35,908 nt of DNA. Source: Bugula neritina. Its lineage: Eukaryota > Animalia > Bryozoa. The position numbers and the translations under genes were made by a program. Where the stretch lies: NCBI GenBank assembly GCA_964035545.1, contig CAXIUT010000092.1, positions 35,258-71,165 of the forward strand, written 5' to 3'. Position 1 is the first letter of the stretch, and every line of letters begins with the position of its first letter. The notes under the pieces are model-generated. The model made no database searches. It saw only the letters and a list, made by a program, of their open reading frames with translations, and had not been told where the DNA came from. This document shows positions 1-12,303 of this stretch, one piece after another.

Positions 1-75
1 CCCAACCCCAACCCCAACCCCAACCCCAACCCCAACCCCAACCCCAACCCCAACCCCAACCCCAACCCCAACCCC
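1..75 (+). repeat. Left telomere (CCCCAA)n
   Basis: Perfect C4A2 repeats at the window start, as in oligohymenophorean ciliate macronuclear telomeres. Confidence 0.98.
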
Positions 76-189
76 GAACACTAAAAATGATATTATTGAT
101 TTATTTAGAATAATAAATCAATACATTTAATTATTGTCATATTGATAGATATTTATTACTTAGAATATTAACTTATTTAAGATATAAAG

Positions 190-665
190 ATGGAGAATTC
201 TTCATTTGACATAAAAAATATCATCCATGAAAGGTTTTATCCTATTTTCAGAGCATATGATCTCGATGGCAACTCTACAATCGATTTGAGTGAGTTCAAA
301 AGTATGCTTGCTTAAAATTTGAACATATCCGAGTAAAGCATTTCAGAAGATCAACTGAACTGGCACTTTAAAAGAGTCGATGAAAATAGTGATGGAAAAA
401 TATCTTTTGAAGAATATGTAATCGTAATCTAAGATAGTTTGCTTACTTCTTTAAGGACAGATTGGCACATTCTAAGAAAAAAGCAGGTAAAGAAGATGAT
501 CTCATTGATATCGATGAATTTAGAAAACTGATGGCTTCAACTTTTGGCATATTGAACCTGAGTTAATAAATGATTCAACATCATTTCAGAAAGATTGACA
601 CGAATGGATCTGGAAAGATATCCACTAAGTAGTTTTCATTATTTGTCGATAAATACAATCCTTGA
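190..665 (+). CDS. Calmodulin-like EF-hand calcium-binding protein (~151 aa)
   Basis: With UAR=Glu the EF loops read DLDGNSTIDLSE, DENSDGKISFEE and DTNGSGKISTK(TAG=E)F. One 20-nt intron at 418-437; TGA stop. Confidence 0.9.
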
Positions 666-700
666 TTTAGATAGCGATTTAGAAGATAATTAACTAATAT

Positions 701-3518
701 TCAATCAATTTATACTACTTTAGGTGGTTATTATTTTGGTTCTTAATTATTTCTAAACCTTTTAGTTGGTTATTGTTTATAATCTGAAGGTCTTCTACTC
801 ATGGCATCTTATTTAGATTATTTGCCTATCCGTTAGATATATTTTTAGACAAATTTGAGTCGATGGTAGATCTATTCTAGCAGATCTTATCTCACGAAAT
901 CCTACATTAATAATGTTATACAGTTTTGAAGATATTGACTGTCCAATTGTCAATGATTTATATGAATCCAAACATCATGAGGGTTTGTTGTACGTGTTTG
1001 GGTTTATTTTTATATAATTTACTTATTTATCCCAAATCGAATTTATATCTTCTGATTAACCTGTTTTTATGATAAAATAAAACTCCATTTTGAAAGTTTA
1101 AACTTGTTGTCTTGCGATTCAACTATCTTCCTCTTCCATTGACCTTATTATAATAAACCTATATAACTCTAGTAATACCTCAACTATATTACAATGTCCT
1201 AGATCAAGTGCAGGTTCTATATCTATAAGTTTCTCACTTTTTACTAGCGTATCAATCTTTTAAAAGATTTATGAGTTATTGATTTAAATTGTTTTGTGAT
1301 CACTGATAACTAGTGATATTTTGATGTCATCTGATTTGAGATAAAGCAAAGAAAGATAGCTTTTGAGGGAGATGTCTATTGAATCAAGTAGTACACTTTA
1401 ATCATTATTGTCAATATGTTTTTTTTAGCAGCAAAAGATATCGTTATATCTAGCACTTTATTTGAGTTATAGTTATATTTATCCTCTTTAATTTTATATT
1501 TATTTCAAACCTGTAATGAATATGAAATTCCCAACAGACTATTTTTTTTAATTTACTATCTTTAAATATGGTTTATATTGTTCTTCGATGTATTTTTTGG
1601 CTGTTTCCATGAGGGGATCGATTAGTGATCCATTTTAGATGATATAGTAGTGGCATTGATAGGTTATATGTGTTTACTATGTTGATGTTTTTTAGATGAG
1701 GAAGACTCTTCTATATTACTGCATGGGTCCATATCTGCTGATTAGTAACATTTTATCTCCTATTCTTAGTGATCCTAACTTAATGTTTCTACTGTATTGA
1801 ATTTTATCTTGTTTTCTTTTTTGAAGGTTTTATTTTGCTATTTTCTTTCTTTTCTTTAACTACTTCTACAACTATTTATCTCTCGCTTATTTCTACTTTA
1901 TCTATTTCAACTATTTTGCCTCTTTTGTCTCTTTTATCTACTTCATCTATTTGTTTAGAATGTTGGTGTGGTGGTGAACTGGACTTTCTGGCCTCATCTT
2001 ATTCTAGTCCTATTTTTATTATTCTTATAAATGATCGATATTTTATTCAACATAGGTGTGAATGGACTTCATGTCGTTAAGGAAGTCTTGATTGCTGTTC
2101 CAAAGCTTATGAGTTGAACCTGTATCTTCGAAAAGACAATATTTTTATTTGAAAGTATGACCGAAAATAACTTTAGTCTATTTTGAATTAAGAATTAAGG
2201 CGTTATCTAGAAGTAATCCAAAAGCACTATAGACATAGTTGAGTTTATCTTCTAGTATTTATGGGAAAATAGTAAATTAGTCAGTTTTGTTTTTTACTAG
2301 ACTGTGAATCTACTATTTACATGACCAACATTAACTCTAAAGCAACTAGTAAGCTTACATCTTTCTTGTCTTCATACTTGAAAGAGTTGTATCGATCTAT
2401 TTCAACTACATATTCATGACAAGTAAACCTGAACTAGCTTATTAAATCAAAGAGCTGCCCTAATCTTTCATATCCTTTGAATCTTCGATACTTTGTTCTT
2501 TTAAGTCATATTGTCCAAAAATAAAACATTTATCTGCACTGTAATTGATCGAACAGCCTATATTTGGGAGCTTATTTGGTGATTATTTGAGAGTTATCCA
2601 TAGCCAGTTCGGAGAAGCAATGGTATACAGCCAAAATCCAGGTTAAACAGTATTTTATTCCTTGAGATTGCTGCCTCCCCAAAGAACAAGATACTTGTCA
2701 CCACAGTTGACCAAATTTGCTACTCTTTATTGAGGTGTTGAGTTGGTGATGACAGTTTTGACCCAGAGATCAGGTCTATTGCTCATAGGCCGATTGATAA
2801 GTTTGATTTGGTAAAAATCATCCAAACATTGATAATTCATACCTTCTTCTGAGATAGTTGCTTGTTCTCCACCAAAGAAATAGATATTATCGCCATGGGA
2901 GCAGATACCAGGTCGGATTCTACATGGTATTTTCATCTAGTAGCTAGGTTATTAGACTTGCATCCATAGTTTGTTGTCTATTTTGTAGATGTGGAAGTCG
3001 TTGAATATTTATTTTCCATTTCTGCCTCCATAGAGGATGATTGAACTTCTTTGGTGGACTGTCATGACTGGATGCTATCTCGGAGAGGGAGAGTATCCTT
3101 TAAGTTACTGTCTTTTCCAGTTATAGGACTAGAGGTTGAGACACCATAATCCTCCGATATATGTGTTTTATTGATAGTTTTTTCCTCCAAAAACGTACAT
3201 CATGTTATTGAATAGAGCAGTTCCATGAGCGCATATATACCCGAACGAGTTGTTGCTGAGGAAGTGTGTTTAGATTTTGTTCCAAACTTTAGATGAAAAA
3301 CTGTATCTATAAAGAGCTGTTTGTTCTGCTTAATGGTTTTATGGCAAAATTGATAATTTGCCTCCATAAATGTAAAGAGAAGATTTATGGATAACAGCCG
3401 AGTGAAATCTTCTTTGTGCTGGTTCTTATTGATTTCTTTTTGGAATGCTTTTGTTGCAGTATCCGAGTGTGATGGGAGGAGTTGCGAGTACAATATCTTT
3501 TGTTATTTGCTTTTACAT
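701..3518 (-). CDS. MORC: Kelch-repeat + MORC-family GHKL/S5 protein (~925 aa), degenerate ATPase
   Basis: N-terminal kelch blades (RRFHSAV..LYIYGG, MYVFGG, IILYGG, IYFFGG, LVLWGG). MORC motifs follow: YSAFGLLLDNA, FEDTG, QYSRNIKLGSLRIGDKMLLISR, GNFIFITGL, IDISLKSYLSLLYLK, NGVLFYHKNRLIRRY, MFGFIEI..FKTDF. Introns at 1159-1178 and 902-921 (20 nt each) give a continuous frame. Confidence 0.85.
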
Positions 3519-3549
3519 ATTTAAATATTTATAAATAATGAAGTATCAT

Positions 3550-5301
3550 TCAGTAGAGGCCGTTCAAAGAAGTGCGTACTTAGCACAGAATGACTAAGAC
3601 CCACTCGACATAGGGACAGTTATTGAGATCATCCAACTATATACATTTAAGAAGCAAATTCGCTATTATTTTTACGAGTTCTCCTCCTTTGCAGAGGAAG
3701 TATTCAGTTTAGACAGTCCACATTTTCATCCAGTCTTACTTGTTCCACTCTTCTTGCCTGTGAATGTTGTTTTAGAAGAAGGGAAATTTTTACATAAGAA
3801 TACGATAGAGACAAACTCCCAGACTCATGACATCACATTTTTAGTGTTGGAGATCATCTGGTTTGAGGAACCGATAGGGGAAAGAGATCAGCTATTCTGG
3901 ATTCATGACAATATGTGTGATTTTACCTTTTTATTCTTATTTGGTGGCATCTGGCCATTAGCTGATTTTAAAAGCTCTGTAGAACCCAGTAATTTTAACT
4001 TCTAGGCCTTTAGTAATCATTAAATTGTCTAGTTCTATAAAATACCCTATTCTAAGTTTATGCATATACTGCAGAAGTGAACATATTTGTGCCATGATAT
4101 GCAATTTAGTTGATAGACTCATAGTTCTACTATTTTTTCTCATAAAAGTTAATAAAGGAATTTCTTACTAGTATAAAGTAAACATATGATTTTATAGTTA
4201 TTTAGGCAGATTGCTAGGTACAAAATGTAGTAGCATATTAGGATGTTTTTTATCTATTATTTTTAATATTTATATCTAGTGACTATATTATATTTCATCC
4301 ATTTCTTATCCTCTTGCTAATATTAACTTATTCTAGAAGTGTAGTTAGTATAGATTTTTTTATTTTATGTAGTTGATGATGGTGATGGGAGTGGTATCGA
4401 TGGTTGGTGTTGTAAACTATTTTTAAATGCCCTAGTTGAGATGTTTTGCAAATTATATTTAGTTTTTTTACTACAGTTATATGTAGTCTTTAATAAAGAG
4501 TGAACCTTTATCTTTTTGTTTCTTTTATATCTAGAGATGTTTGCGATTGAATTTTGGTTCATATAAAAGAGCCAGTTATAGTACTTTTGGATTGGTAATT
4601 AGCTTTTTTTATTTATTGAGGAATATTTTTTTGAAGTATGATCTGTTCTTATGAGCAGTGGCTATATCTGATCTGATTTTATAGAATCTTGAAGTTGTGA
4701 TAAGAGATTTTATCTTGTCTAATAACTTCTCAACTTTCATATATCTGGGAAATCCTGGATTTATCTTTATAGCTGATTTGAGATAAGGTTCATTGGCTTC
4801 TTTCCCAAATATCATCTACAGCATAGTGTTGAATATCATTTCTGACTATTCTCCCAAAATGTGACACAAATCTGTTACTAATTATCTGAATTTATGTTCA
4901 TCTTCTAGTACTGTCTCGTCTGTCAGAAAGGAAAGAGTCACCATAACTTATCCATTCGTTGGGTTGGTCTTTATGAAAATATTCCGGAAAGAACGTTAGT
5001 TATAGCGGAAGGCGAAACGAGTTAGTTCGATGCGTTGGTATTGCCACTGTCCATGGACTATGTGTTATTGATCGAGTAGCCAGCAGATGAGATTAATTTG
5101 TCCTATCTTGAAATCTCCTTCAACTTGGCAGATACTAGAGTAGACTCTGTTTATCTTTTTGCAATTAAGAAGACAGCTAAAGGTTTTTTCTTTGAGATCT
5201 ACTTTGGAGACGTAGTTGTGGTCGTAGAGAGTGAACTTTTATAGTTTTTTGAAGATAGATTTATCTTATTTTGGGTAAGCTAGAGTTTCAATCCACTCCA
5301 T
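3550..5301 (-). CDS. Protein with C-terminal degenerate protein kinase domain (pseudokinase, 583 aa)
   Basis: Intronless ORF under UAR=Glu. Kinase-like segments: EIEILK..KHPNML, KLHIMAQICSLLQYMH, NLMITKGLEVKITGF, KCDVMSLGVCLYRILMEKFPF. The HRD and DFG motifs are absent. Confidence 0.75.
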
Positions 5302-5350
5302 GCCTTTATTCAAAGATATTCACAATTATTATGATAATAAACAATGACTA

Positions 5351-6389
5351 TCATTGAGTATATTTAGCCTACAGGTTCTCAATGCACTTCACAACACTGA
5401 AATCTTCCTTAGAACCATCTTCTTTGACTACGAACAGACATCTTGTATCCATGTACTGAGGATGCACATCCACTACAAAGTGTTTGAGGTTTTTAAGCTT
5501 TTCTTCTGATTTGTTGTGGTAGCCTAGCAATTCTTCTACTTGATCTGCTTCACTTTTCTTTAGTGGGACATTGTTTGGATTTCTGCAGAGAATATTTTTG
5601 AACTAACTTTTCAATTTGTTAATGTCATCGTAGTGCCTTCCTGCAAAATCAAATTCAATTTTTTTATTTTTGAGTTGTATTCTTTTTTCTTCTTTAGCTC
5701 TTTTGTTGAAATCTTTTTTCAAATTTTGAATGATACCGTTATAGTGGTGTCCATGCTTTTCCCAGAACTAGCTTAATTGTTCTGGAGTGGATTTATTGAC
5801 AATAAGAGTGGCTTAACCTACTTTGAGTCCATTTTGAGTTAGAGAAGTAAGATCTTCTTCTTTGTGGTTCTTTTTGTTGACAGCAAAATTACCTTATGTT
5901 TTATTGTATCTGACATATGGAGAGTGGATGTTGTGATTTTTCAACAGTGCTTCTTGGATGTATCGGAAGGGCACTGTTTGTTCTTTTTCAATCGATAAGG
6001 TGTATATCATTCTATATTGATGTTAAAGTACACTTAAAGGTTGTCGTATGGGTTGGGAGCTTGTTCATGTTTTCCTTAGCTTTTGACTTTTTTGATTGGT
6101 TTGAACTAAGGGAGATTTTATAGTTTTTTAATTCTGAGCATAGTTTTATCTGGATTGAGTTCAATAGATTAACAATTTTAGACTGCATCAGCTATTTGTT
6201 TAATAGAATTAATTCCTAGTTTTTTAACTTTGTTGCATTTGAGAAAGTTATCCAACTTGACGAAGTGTTATCTAGATGTTTGAGGATATACTTGTTGGAT
6301 GCGACTTCTTTGTAGAAGAACTAATCATTTTGTAGGTTATCTTCACTGAGATAGTATTAAATTTGTCTGACTAGGTTAGGGTTTGCCAT
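5351..6389 (-). CDS. La-motif protein with RRM2-like segment and C-terminal DUF3223/DCL domain (Tetrahymena Mlp1-like, ~332 aa)
   Basis: La motif LVRQIEYYLSEDNLQNDEFF...VKLDNFLKCNKVKKL. C-terminal HPQYMDTRCLFVVKEDGSKEDFSVVKCI matches DUF3223. Two 20-nt introns restore the frame. Confidence 0.85.
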
Positions 6390-6424
6390 CTTAATTTCTT
6401 TTATAACCAATCAACTATAACAAC

Positions 6425-6525
6425 TATCACCAAATATATCACTAAATATCATCAATATATATATCACTAAATATCATCACCATATATATATCACTAAATA
6501 TCATCACCATTTATCACTAAATATC
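6425..6525. repeat. Imperfect tandem repeat, core TATCACTAAATATC, 4 copies plus a degenerate one
   Basis: Visible directly in the intergenic region between the 6539-7081 gene stop and the La gene start. Confidence 0.85.
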
Positions 6526-6538
6526 TTTATATAAACTA

Positions 6539-7081
6539 TCATAGATCATCTTATGTTATTGTTATTCTACTCATTTTCTTACTTAGATTCTTTACTTCTT
6601 TCTATATTTTTGACTGAGCCTACTTTTTGATAAAATTGGGTTTTAACTCCTTTATTGATAACTTTTACACATCTTGTCTTAACTATTCAACTCTAGCTTT
6701 CTATAAAACTGTCTCTAAAATGCTATCGTCATCATAGTTGTCAGCAAGTTGATAGAATCCATGTTGTTCTACTTGATGGGTGTTATAGAAGTTGACTTGG
6801 TTTTGATCTAGTTGACTGATAAGATCATCTAATTTTGTTTTGAATTTATCACTGGAGTTGTTGAAGGATGATTGCATGTCGATGGGTTGTGAGTGTTTTT
6901 GTAGTTGTTCTAATTGTATGATTTAGTTTTAGTCTTCAATTCTGAAGTGGTAGTCGTGGATGAAGGGAAAGTCTTTTGTAGTTTAGTATTATTCTGATAG
7001 ATATCCTGAGTTGTTTTTGAGACTTATTTTAGTTCTAATGGAATCGTCGAAATCAGTTTCGTCCATTTGCATGCCGAACAT
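6539..7081 (-). CDS. Hypothetical protein (180 aa)
   Basis: ATG-to-TGA ORF under UAR=Glu (MFGMQMDETDFDD...RITITEDDL); no recognised domain. Confidence 0.7.
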
Positions 7082-7230
7082 TATTCTATTATAAATATTA
7101 TTATCGTATTTAAGAGTTTAAATATGATTATTGAAACAGTATCTATCAGATTAAATACATCTATATATCACTAAATAATTTATGCGTTTCAGATTAATAG
7201 AGGTGATTTTGAGCTATTTTATTATCATAA

Positions 7231-7965
7231 ATGTAGTCGATTCCTGGCATACAGGGAAGTACTCTTCGTTTTTAATAAATAACCTTCATGGAAGAATCAC
7301 AACCAGAAACACCAACTCATCCTTACAACTATATGCGACTCAATAAACATAATTAAAATAATTAGCCTTCACCTTGGAATACATATAAATAACGTCACAA
7401 ACAAGAATGCTTTGAACCAGTCACCAGATGCCATCATTCTTTCTTTACTAAAACTTCACACAAAGATCATTATCTTCATTCCAAACAATAACTTTTCAGA
7501 AAGAAACAATAAGGACATTAACTCTTTAAAATAAACAATAATTTTGTCCAATTCAAAGTCAATAAAACATCCAAAGGAAACAGAAATAAACTAAAAACTC
7601 ATCACTAGCATACCACTATTGATACAAGACAAATACCCACGCCTAATAAATATCATCTTCTCTCACAATAAAAACATGTTAAAGAAGGCTCATTGGAAAA
7701 AAATCCTAAAATAATCTTTTTATAAAGAAAATTCAGACTTAAATCTCAAGTGTCTACCAGACAAAATAATAGTAGAAGAAATAATATACATTATGAAGGC
7801 AAAAGAAAAGAGGACCTTAGCAGTTTGACTACAGTATAAAATGCATAGAGCACAATAGAGATATGCAGTAGTCCTAAAAAGGAAGAAAAAGGAATGAAGA
7901 TTGATTTATTGACTCATAAGTATGAGATGAGTCTTCAGCTGAGGAGAAAACCTATAATAGAATGA
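7231..7965 (+). CDS. Hypothetical protein (244 aa)
   Basis: Open frame MESIPGIQGST...LRRKPIIE-TGA under UAR=Glu; alternative start at 7288. Confidence 0.65.
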
Positions 7966-8001
7966 TATTATTCCAAGTCAATAATTTTAAACTATTATTA
8001 A

Positions 8002-8594
8002 ATGGGATGTAATTCGAGTAAGCAATATGTCTTACTTATATTGGTCGGTTCAGCTCGTAGAGAATCAGTAAACTGTGCTCTTGTAGAGGAAATGCAACGT
8101 CTAATTATTGATAAAAATTTACATCTTAAACTAATCATTCCTGATCTTGAAAAAATACCCATCTTTTCCACAGATGTCTAAAATCAAATCTGTAAATAGT
8201 ATTTTTTATTTCAGTTTTACCTAACGAAATTAAAAGTATAAGAGAGAAAGCTGATCAAGCTGATGCTGTTCTTTTCGTTACTCCATAAATGAATAGCGTT
8301 TCGCCTTTGATACTAAATGCTTTTGTTTGGCTTTCTCGTTCTTATTCTGATAAAGGATCTCCTCTGAATTCAAAGAAATCAGGAGTAATTAGTGCCTCAT
8401 ACTTAAGCTAAAATCAAATAGTAGACTGTATATAACTGGGAAAACATCTTGATATGAACTTCTACAAAGAAGCTTTTCATCTATTTTTAGGGAATAAAGT
8501 TACAGATGAGTCAGGACAATTGACTTCTGCATACGAAAAAGGAAGACTTGCAGATTGGTATAGATAATTTTTAACTTTTGTTATTTAAAAGTGA
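8002..8594 (+). CDS. NADPH-dependent FMN reductase (flavodoxin-like, ChrR/SsuE family) with N-terminal MGC acylation motif
   Basis: ILVGSARRESVN phosphate-binding loop and ADAVLFVTP(TAA=E)MN...ILNAFVWLSR. 23-nt intron at 8192-8214. Confidence 0.88.
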
Positions 8595-8658
8595 ATTATG
8601 ATTTTTATATCTTTTTTGAGTTCAATATTTAGATAGAAAATGACATAAGTAATAAAAA

Positions 8659-11600
8659 TCAAGACATCTATGGTTCTACGAGCATATTAATGACTGCTTC
8701 GATGAGGGATCTACCAGATTAAAGAGGATGTCCTACTCCTTCGACTCTAAAGGCTCTTTCTTTGACTTTAATCATTATTTTTTATAGAGAATCTTTCCAG
8801 AGATAGCAAATAGTAAAAGTATTGCTTTACTATTCATATGAACCATAAGGAAATAGATATTATAGATATTTTTTACCTTTTTTGAGTAGATCTTAGCAAG
8901 AACTATAAAGAGGAGTGATGTAGTGTGTTGTTCTATTTCTACTATTACTTTGACTTAATTCTGAATCTATTTTAAGAGGAATGGCAATATTGTAGGGAGT
9001 GAGAGGTATTTAAACAGAAGAATTGAATATTTTATTTTATAGGCCTTATTAGAAACATACTTTGACTTAAAGTTAGCTGGGAATAAATATATTTTAATGG
9101 TTTTTCGTTCCTTATACTTATGTTTTAAATTTCATCTGTTTTCCTACAAATACTTTATCGAATTATCTTTTGATATTTTATGAATAAATAATAGAATTGT
9201 TTTTCATATTGATATCTAGAGAATCACAATGATGTTTTAGAGTTAGATATAAAGTGATTATTTTATCTTTATAACTATAACCTATCTAAAACCATTCATT
9301 TTTTACTATTAAACATCTATTCGATACCATATTCTTCTTTGTTAATTTATCACATCCTTTTATATTTTATAATTTTAACTTTATTACTGAAGGATCATAT
9401 TCTTTTAAACTCATACTATTGTTCTTTATTGAACTTTATTTTAATTAACGAGCTAAAACTTTAGCTGAACTATGTGATAATAATAAAGGTTATACCTATT
9501 TTCTTTTTAACATTCCACGGATTATCTAATTTTATCTTTTTAAAAATGTTGGATCTTATTTAGTTAATTATCTTTTCTTTATTTTTAATATTTTTTGTTA
9601 ATTCTATTTTTATATTAATTGTTTTTGGACATTTTGTGTCTATTCTTTTAGTTTTCCAAGTTGATTTTATAATTATCTCATTTTCTTTAAATTAGGGATT
9701 TATACTGTCCTTTCAGCTATTCTTAATTTACGTAAAGAATGATTTAAGGATAAAGATGAAGCCTTTTCTCTTTTACTCTTACCTTTCTTTCTGAAAAGAG
9801 AGCTGAAATTGCTAGGAACTCGACTAGAATCACTTCCTGATACTGATTGTACTTCTGGTTCAACTGAAACTTCTTTGATGTAGCTGCTTTGATTGGAAAG
9901 AGGATGATCAAGATAGATAGATCTGATTTTATGTTATTATTATGATTTATATGGAGTTCTAAATTACTAGCTTCTAGGATTAGCCTTTGTATTTTATGTT
10001 TTTTTGTCATTTCCTTTTGATGATGGACTGATAGGTGATTTTATTTTATGCATGATTAAAGGTTATTGAATTTCTTAAGGAGTTAAATTAGGCTAAGATT
10101 ATCTTTCTAGTTTATTTTTGGGAGAAAGGCTCATACTTAAATCTTTGAGAATGTTTGATTAATCAAGAGTATCAGCTAATTTGAATCCAAATTTAGGTTT
10201 TTTGATTGTGGCAGGTAATTTAGCATTTTTATCTATTCCATATTAAAGAACAGCTTGACTATCTTACTTTTTTGTAGCTATACTATCTTAAAATTGTATT
10301 TATGATTCACTATTTCTACTTATTTATATTTTTTTAGTTTTATTTTTATTTGAAGATTTATTGAGAGATTATTTATCAAAATGAAGGAAAGAACCTGAAT
10401 CATCTTGACTATTTTTATTTTTACCCAAATAGATACTTTATACTTTATTATCTTTTTGACTGAATTGAGAAGAGTTAAGAGATATTGATTATTGAGGAGA
10501 TTATAGTGGAGTTTTTCTTGGCGTGCTATTCTTAGCATTAACTTTTTGTGCTGATAATTAATATACCTGCTTAAATGATTATTAAAATATCTATTTTCCT
10601 TTAAAACTGCTATCTTTATTCTTTATTTTGTTTGAAGTTGTTTTTACTATTGATGGCATTTTAGGATTTTATCTGTGATAGTATATATTCTAGTGGACTT
10701 TTTCATTTAGAGAGAGACTAGTTCCTGATTACTATGATTTTAGGTGGGCAGTGTTTCTGATTTAGCTGATATAACTCGAAGAATCAGCAAATTTTTTATG
10801 AGGAGGTCCTTTTATCTGATTTGATTATGTAGATCCATTGATTTATTCTCTATTTCTAACTGAATTCAAAAGACTTCTACTGAATGAGTTCAAAGATGAA
10901 TCACTTTTTTATGAAATAGTCAATGAATCTAAGACATTTTAATAAGCTATTTTATCTCTTTTTTGTCTTTTCAATCGAGATTCTGCTTCCTTTAGAAGTT
11001 TTATTGAATAACAATCGACATCTTGGTTAATGTCTATGATAAAAGACCTTTTGAGATCATTGCTACTTTTCATTTTATTAAGTTTATTGTTAAATCTAAA
11101 TAATGATATATTTTACAATTGTATCTATTGTTGATATTGTAGTTTCATGGGTTTTTTAACCCAACTTACCAAATCATAAGAATATTAATATATTTGAGTA
11201 GACAATCCTGACAATTTAGTTTTATCATACCATATAAAATAGTAATCTATCAACTTTTATTTATTTTATGGACTTAATGGATTCTTTATCTCTTGTAGAA
11301 CCATGTTATTTTTGAAATCAATAGGAATAATAAATTATAAAATAGCAGGCAGACATTTACTATTTATTGTTTCAATGGCTTATATTTAGGCTAAAGAAAA
11401 AATACTATTCAAAAACTAACAAGTATCTACCACTCTACTAGGTGAAAGGAAACAATAAGTTCGGTATACAATGGCTGTAATGCAATAACTATATTATCTT
11501 ATTTATACCTTTAAGCCATCTAAATGAGACTTAAAAGAAGAAAAGATGAATCTTGATATTTGGTTTGTTCTGTCAAACATTGTTAAACCTTATCACTGAG

Positions 11601-12232
11601 ATACTATGTCAGTTCATTTAGATGTTGTCGAAATAGAATATTATATTAACGAAGATTTCTTTGTAAAGTTGTACTTTATTTTTCAATAAAGTAGTCCAGA
11701 GATCGAGAGTAAGAACCTTCATTAAGCTCTTTTGCTAAAGAAGATTTGATTTTGTATTTACTGTATGGATGGAATTTTAGATTTTATCCGAAAAATACCA
11801 GAAATTCTGAGGCAAACTGTAAAAGTTATTTATAACTTTCATAACCAGCGTTAGTAACAGCTTTATTTGATCCAATTGCATCTTTCCATAGAAGCTCTGC
11901 TCTTTTATAAATAGTTCTATCTCGATAGAATCCGTTTATCGAGATGAGCCAAGGGAAGATATATACGTTGGTGAACAAATAAACAAGAAAAGAACCAGAG
12001 AGGAGCATTTATTTAAGAAGTTATAGGACCACTAGTTGAGAAGTGCAAGTAGACTCTTTTTTATAGAGAATGAAGCTTAATTATCGGATGAATTATTGTA
12101 ATTATTCTCTGTTTTAGAAGATTTATACAAGGATAGGTTGAGAGCTTTGCTGCAGACAGCTTTAATTTTCCTCTAGAGTTGTGAGCTTGGAGAGGATAAC
12201 AGCTATTAAAAGAGTTAGTTGACCGCTGACAT
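8659..12232 (-). CDS. Large hypothetical protein (~1177 aa): helical N-terminus, long Ser/Lys-rich low-complexity middle, coiled coil
   Basis: Continuous frame from MSAVNELFEELL to VEPEMS-TGA after removing two 20-nt GT-AG introns (near 12111-12130 and 11489-11508). Confidence 0.7.
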
Positions 12233-12303
12233 TCGACTTAACTATTATAAGGCTGCTGGAAAGAAGGTTATAGATGAAATAATAAAAAAAAAAGCTATAT
12301 AAA

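Noticed and set aside
11375-11530. Plus-strand ORF MAYIEAKEK...
   Set aside because: It is short and antisense to the continuous 8659-12232 minus-strand gene.
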